From: a virus
Lineage: Duplodnaviria > Caudoviricetes
DNA: 36,621 bases
Reading direction: 5' to 3' (one strand)
IMG/VR virus record: IMGVR_UViG_3300020042_001310
Coordinates: 1-36,621 of that record
The translations under genes were made by a program, and so were the position numbers. Under the pieces are notes generated by a model that worked only from the letters and a program-made list of their open reading frames with translations, did not search any database and was not told the DNA's origin. Positions within the stretch are counted from its first letter, which is position 1; every line of letters begins with the position of its first letter. Below, one piece after another: positions 32,699 through 36,621 of the stretch.

Positions 32699-35004
32699 GC
32701 GAGTTAAATTTTATTGACTATTTAATAAGTATCGCCCCTGTTGGCGAGACTGTTTTGCTAGTTAAGCAAAAGCCTTTACTTGATAAGGGCGCTTTGCAAT
32801 ACCATAATGATGGTGCTATCAAGTGTACATGGCCTGCCTACTTGCCTGAACAAGCTAAGATTAGACAAGGCGATGCTTGGTACGCTAACACCGCTTGCTT
32901 TATCGTTGACCGCTTTGCTGATGGCAAGGTGTCTGCGTCTGCATCTAACTGTGAGCGTGTCGCGTTCATGGTGCTAGATGACGTAGGCACTAAGTCTAAG
33001 GTGCCACCGCTGGCGCCTACATGGATTATTGAGACTAGCCCTGATAATTATCAGTATGGCTACACATTTGCGTTAGACGATCAACCTTTGAAGGGAGATT
33101 TTAGTGCTGCGATTAAAGCTATTGCTGATGCTGGTTTCACGGATGGCGGTGCTATTAACCCTGTCCGTAACTTTAGAGTGCCTGATAGCGTTAATCTTAA
33201 GCCTAATCGTAACAGTTATGCTTCTAAGCTAATTGAGCTGCACCCTGAGCGTGAGTTCAGTCTACCTCAGATATGTGTAGCGTTACAGGTTACACCTGCA
33301 CCTGCTGACACCGCTTCTATCACGTCTATTAGATTGAAAGACGATGGTGGTGACGATGTCCTGAGCTGGATGAGTGCTAACGGCATGATTGTCACGCCTA
33401 AAAACGGCGAGGGTTGGGTTGGTGTCGTGTGTCCTAATAGCGCTAGTCATAGCGATGGTAACCCTGAGGCTAGATACAAGCCCCTAGACCGTTCGTTCTG
33501 TTGCTATCATGAACATTGTCAAGACCTTGACAGCAAGACCTTCTTATCATGGGTGGCTGACAATGGCGGCCCTAAGCATACTCACGGCTTGCGTGAGGAA
33601 CTACTGGCGGACGTGATGAACACAGCACTATCTAAGATTGAACCTTCCGATATGTTTACGCATGACGCTGACGACCTAATCGCTGAGGTAGAGCGTAAAG
33701 AGCTAGGCCGTATCGAGAAGGCTGACTGGTTCAAGCGCTTTGCCTATATACAAGAGGATGATGCCTATTTTGATTTACAAGACCGCCGAGAGGTTAGCCG
33801 TTCTACTTTTAATGCGTTATTTAGACATGTTGACTGCCGTTCTATTCACACCGCCACCCGTGTGCTTCCTGCTGTGTCTTATGATGAAAACCGTCAATCA
33901 ATGGGTGCTAAAGCACTTGTTGGCATAACCTATGCTGCAGGCGAGACTGTGCTTGTGTCTCGTGATGGTGACATCTATGGCAACCGCTGGCGTGATGCCC
34001 GTCCTACTAACCTAGTCGAGGGTGACATAACCCCGTGGCTAGACCATGCACGTAGTCTAGTGCCTAACGAGGATGAACTAGCGCATATCCTAGACGTGAT
34101 GGCGTTCAAGGTGCAACACCCTGAGATTAAGATTAACCACGCTGTGCTACATGGTGGTGACGAAGGCTCTGGTAAAGATACATTTTGGGCGCCGTTCCTA
34201 TGGGCTGTCTGTGGTGATAACTTGCGTAATCGTGGCATTATGGATAATGACAGCGTGAATAGCCAATGGGGCTATCAACTAGAGTCCGAAGTGCTAATTA
34301 TCAATGAGCTAAAAGAGCCTGATGCCTCTGCTAGGCGTCAACTTGCTAACAAGCTAAAGCCTATTATTGCAGCGCCACCTGAAATGCTACCTATCAACCG
34401 TAAAGGTTTGCACCCTTACATGATGCTAAACCGAGTTTTTGTGCTAGCTTTTAGTAATGACCCTGTGCCTATCTCTCTCGCTTCACAAGACCGTCGTTGG
34501 TTCTGCGTATGGAGTCATGCGCCTCGTATGAACCCTAGCGAGGCTACTAAACTTTGGACGTGGTATAAAAATGGGGGCTTTAGCGCTATTGCTTCGTGGC
34601 TTGTGTCTCGTGATGTGTCTAAGTTTAATCCTAGTGCTAGCCCTATGATGACAGAGTTTAAAACTAACCTAGTCGAGCATGGTATGAGCATGGCGGAGTC
34701 TTACTTGGTCGAGCAAATGCGTAATCGTGTGGGCGAATTTGCAAAAGGTGTTATCGGTTCACCATTCCACTCATTATGTGACAGACTGGCGGGTTCAGCA
34801 CCTAGTGGGGTCAAAGTCCCTCAGGCTGCCTTACTTCATGCGCTTAAAGAAGCGGGCTGGGTTGACTGCGGGCGTTTAAAGTCAAGAGAATATGACAGCA
34901 AAAAGCACATCTATTGTGCACCTGAATTGGCAGAGATGAACAAGTCTGAGTTAAGGCGAGCGGTTGAAATTACAGAACCACCGAAAATGGTTGTGATTAA
35001 ATAA
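32695..35004 (+). CDS. Primase-helicase (RepB-like AEP primase, Zn finger, SF3/DUF5906 helicase)
   Basis: MVLDD and IETSPDNYQ primase motifs, CP....H...CCYHEHC, Walker A GDEGSGKD, IINE, FSN and DRRW. Confidence 0.88.
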   Translation: MSELNFIDYLISIAPVGETVLLVKQKPLLDKGALQYHNDGAIKCTWPAYLPEQAKIRQGDAWYANTACFIVDRFADGKVSASASNCERVAFMVLDDVGTKSKVPPLAPTWIIETSPDNYQYGYTFALDDQPLKGDFSAAIKAIADAGFTDGGAINPVRNFRVPDSVNLKPNRNSYASKLIELHPEREFSLPQICVALQVTPAPADTASITSIRLKDDGGDDVLSWMSANGMIVTPKNGEGWVGVVCPNSASHSDGNPEARYKPLDRSFCCYHEHCQDLDSKTFLSWVADNGGPKHTHGLREELLADVMNTALSKIEPSDMFTHDADDLIAEVERKELGRIEKADWFKRFAYIQEDDAYFDLQDRREVSRSTFNALFRHVDCRSIHTATRVLPAVSYDENRQSMGAKALVGITYAAGETVLVSRDGDIYGNRWRDARPTNLVEGDITPWLDHARSLVPNEDELAHILDVMAFKVQHPEIKINHAVLHGGDEGSGKDTFWAPFLWAVCGDNLRNRGIMDNDSVNSQWGYQLESEVLIINELKEPDASARRQLANKLKPIIAAPPEMLPINRKGLHPYMMLNRVFVLAFSNDPVPISLASQDRRWFCVWSHAPRMNPSEATKLWTWYKNGGFSAIASWLVSRDVSKFNPSASPMMTEFKTNLVEHGMSMAESYLVEQMRNRVGEFAKGVIGSPFHSLCDRLAGSAPSGVKVPQAALLHALKEAGWVDCGRLKSREYDSKKHIYCAPELAEMNKSELRRAVEITEPPKMVVIK

Positions 35005-35024
35005 CAGTTTTACAGATGACAGAC

Positions 35025-35058
35025 AAACAAAAAGGGGCTTTTAAGCCCCTTTTGTTTT
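35025..35058. terminator. Bidirectional rho-independent terminator
   Basis: AAACAAAAAGGGGCTT-TT-AAGCCCCTTTTGTTTT between convergent operons. Confidence 0.9.
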
Positions 35059-35075
35059 AGTTTGATAGGATGGTG

Positions 35076-35135
35076 TCACAAGTCGTAAATAATAGCGATT
35101 AAGCCCGCTATGATGGCGGCAGATATTAAGAGCAT
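35076..35135 (-). CDS. 19-aa hydrophobic micropeptide
   Basis: RBS GAGG. Starts 1 nt after the upstream stop. MLLISAAIIAGLIAIIYDL, ending just before the terminator. Confidence 0.5.
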   Translation of the reverse strand: MLLISAAIIAGLIAIIYDL

Positions 35136-35136
35136 G

Positions 35137-35376
35137 TTAAACCCTCAACGTTTCTGCTTGCGCCATTTCTTCAAGAATTCTAACATTAGCTTTTCTTAAT
35201 ATCTCGCAGTCTTGGTTTAAATCTTGAATAACGCTTTGTAAATCACTTATTATCTCGTCTTGTCGCTCTAAGATGCCCACGTTATCCCGCAAGCACTCCA
35301 TGAGCGCATATTCGAGTTCGGTTGATGGTTTAGCATAGCGGACTAAATCGTCCGCGCTCAGTATTGATATGTTCAT
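35137..35376 (-). CDS. Hypothetical coiled-coil protein
   Basis: 79 aa, tightly packed in the operon, SD-like GGGGG. Confidence 0.65.
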   Translation of the reverse strand: MNISILSADDLVRYAKPSTELEYALMECLRDNVGILERQDEIISDLQSVIQDLNQDCEILRKANVRILEEMAQAETLRV

Positions 35377-35378
35377 GT

Positions 35379-35549
35379 CTAGCCCCCGAAGTTTTCTAAT
35401 GCGTCAATCGCTTCATAAATGCAAGTATCAGCACAACCTAAAGCACTCTCGGCCGAACCGTTTTCAATGTCCTGCGAATAGTGATAAACATCCGCCAGCA
35501 GTTTTTGCGCTCTATAAAGTGCGTCTAACATCTCTTGTTTAGTGTTCAT
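35379..35549 (-). CDS. Hypothetical acidic protein (56 aa)
   Basis: Likely start ATG 35549 (MNTKQEML...) after AGGAG. Confidence 0.65.
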   Translation of the reverse strand: MNTKQEMLDALYRAQKLLADVYHYSQDIENGSAESALGCADTCIYEAIDALENFGG

Positions 35550-35550
35550 T

Positions 35551-35928
35551 TTATGCTCCTTGATATTTAAAGCCCACGTCAATGCTTAGTCGTGGTGTTA
35601 AGTAATAATGGCATCCCTCACCACCATAGTCTTGCTCGATGTCGCCCTCACTACTTTCGCCCACGCGCACAAACTCGGTAGCCAGCCCAAGGTCTTGCGC
35701 TAAGGTCAAAAAAGCGTGCCATCGTTGCACTTCCTCAAACTCGTCGTACCATTTCACGTAGTCAGCATCCAAATAAATAAAAGTTCTGTCACCACGGTCA
35801 AAGCTTGTTAGCTCTGATGCAAAATCCTCGACTAGCTGATTGTACTCATTAAAAAATAGCTCTTTAAACTTTGATACGTCATTTTTGTTACCATAAATCA
35901 CACTCTTAACTTCGCTTCTGTAGCCCAT
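35551..35928 (-). CDS. Hypothetical acidic phage protein (MGYRSEV family)
   Basis: MGYRSEV...VKWY...EFVRVGE...DIE motif recurrent in phage early regions. RBS AGGAG. Confidence 0.75.
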   Translation of the reverse strand: MGYRSEVKSVIYGNKNDVSKFKELFFNEYNQLVEDFASELTSFDRGDRTFIYLDADYVKWYDEFEEVQRWHAFLTLAQDLGLATEFVRVGESSEGDIEQDYGGEGCHYYLTPRLSIDVGFKYQGA

Positions 35929-35940
35929 GATTAAATCTCC

Positions 35941-36255
35941 TTAAAATTGTTGAAATACAAAACGTTTGCCGTTGCCATCTTTGAACGAACCGCAAAGCCA
36001 AGTTTCGTCCCCTAAAAATTCCTCGACTGACTCCCAATCCGTTGACGCTGGGTAACAGTCTCGCACATCGTCCGCTGACATCTCTACGAAGTCGCAACAC
36101 AGCCCAATCACATCAAGCTCAACTTCTTCACCACCGCCAGCTTCAAAGTCTGTCAACGCATCAAACAGCACGTTTAGCCCGTCATAGCTAAAATTATCTA
36201 GGTCATGGTCTTGGAACGCACGGCGAAAGTCGAATAAGTTAATAGTTTGTTTCAT
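35941..36255 (-). CDS. Highly acidic phage protein (ELDVIxLCCD family)
   Basis: 104 aa, D/E-rich, NFSYDGL..LF..L......ELDVIGLCCDF motif. Confidence 0.75.
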   Translation of the reverse strand: MKQTINLFDFRRAFQDHDLDNFSYDGLNVLFDALTDFEAGGGEEVELDVIGLCCDFVEMSADDVRDCYPASTDWESVEEFLGDETWLCGSFKDGNGKRFVFQQF

Positions 36256-36256
36256 G

Positions 36257-36391
36257 TTATAGCCCCTTTACTTTAAAGTCTTGAATTGTCCAATTATTAA
36301 GGTCGAGTTTAACCGCCAACTTAATGGCTTCGTCCTTATCCTTAAAAACACCGATAATGTCTACTTCTTCCATCAGTACCCAAACAGTCAT
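36257..36391 (-). CDS. Hypothetical protein (44 aa)
   Basis: Not in ORF track. MTVWVLMEEVDIIGVFKDKDEAIKLAVKLDLNNWTIQDFKVKGL, with SD-like AAGGGG. Confidence 0.65.
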   Translation of the reverse strand: MTVWVLMEEVDIIGVFKDKDEAIKLAVKLDLNNWTIQDFKVKGL

Positions 36392-36405
36392 TTTTAGCCC
36401 CTTTA

Positions 36406-36621
36406 TTAAATCTTAACGTTATCAAGAAAAGTCACACCATTTTTAGTAGTGACATGCGCACCTAAAGCTCTTAAACGGCTTTTCGTTGTTGATGTTGGCC
36501 AACGGCTTAACGTGCGGACATCAACGTCAAGCGTTTTTGATTCATGCCAAAAGTCAGCAATATGATTATTATGCAAAAAAATCTCGCTTCTTGCGCCATG
36601 CGGATTACCACTTTCCGCAGA
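36406..36621 (-). CDS. Hypothetical phage protein (5'-truncated)
   Basis: Open to the window edge. ...IFLHNNHIA...WPTSTTKSRLRAL motif recurrent in phage early genes. Confidence 0.65.
   Translation of the reverse strand, partial: SAESGNPHGARSEIFLHNNHIADFWHESKTLDVDVRTLSRWPTSTTKSRLRALGAHVTTKNGVTFLDNVKI

Larger units (their letters stand above)
1..36621. mobile_element. Tailed phage genome (podovirus-like, P22-type head/tail; PolA replication module), partial
   Basis: Packaging, head, tail, ejection, lysis and replication genes in canonical order. No bacterial housekeeping genes. No integrase or att site recognised, so prophage versus free phage cannot be decided. Confidence 0.96.

Noticed and set aside
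1001-34238. Many antisense or alternate-frame ORFs in the track (e.g. 1001..1234, 2506..2802, 3834..4151, 22447..22851, 31351..31647, 33975..34238)
   Set aside because: They lie within well-supported genes and have no recognisable motifs, so they are treated as shadow ORFs.

Overview
The window is most of the genome of a tailed phage with P22-like (podovirus) structural genes. No integrase, repressor, tRNA, rRNA or CRISPR array is visible, and both ends cut through genes. Gene order on +: a 5'-truncated Sak3/DUF1071-type recombinase, a small acidic ORF, a 23-aa PQQ precursor (pqqA, missed by the ORF track), terminase, three small basic proteins, GroES, portal, a ferritin/Dps-like protein, scaffold, coat, head accessory proteins, gp4/gp10-like tail proteins, a tail fibre and two tailspikes, a DDxxDxD protein, three ejection proteins, a lysis cassette (with an embedded Rz1 missed by the ORF track) and a metallophosphoesterase. 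A divergent promoter pair then drives a leftward VRR-NUC/SNF2/DUF3310 operon and a rightward exonuclease/SSB/PolA/primase-helicase operon. A leftward cluster of small, probably early, genes ends the window. The PqqA sequence suggests a Methylophilaceae-type methylotroph host (inference). Main leads: (1) the phage-encoded pqqA unit; (2) a half-size isoprenoid-synthase-like protein in the slot where P22/T7-like phages carry a GNAT-like gene before the ejection proteins; (3) two apparently leaderless promoters; (4) a duplicated 57/59-aa acidic protein; (5) a structured RNA leader upstream of the scaffold gene. All family assignments come from motif recognition by eye, not database searches.
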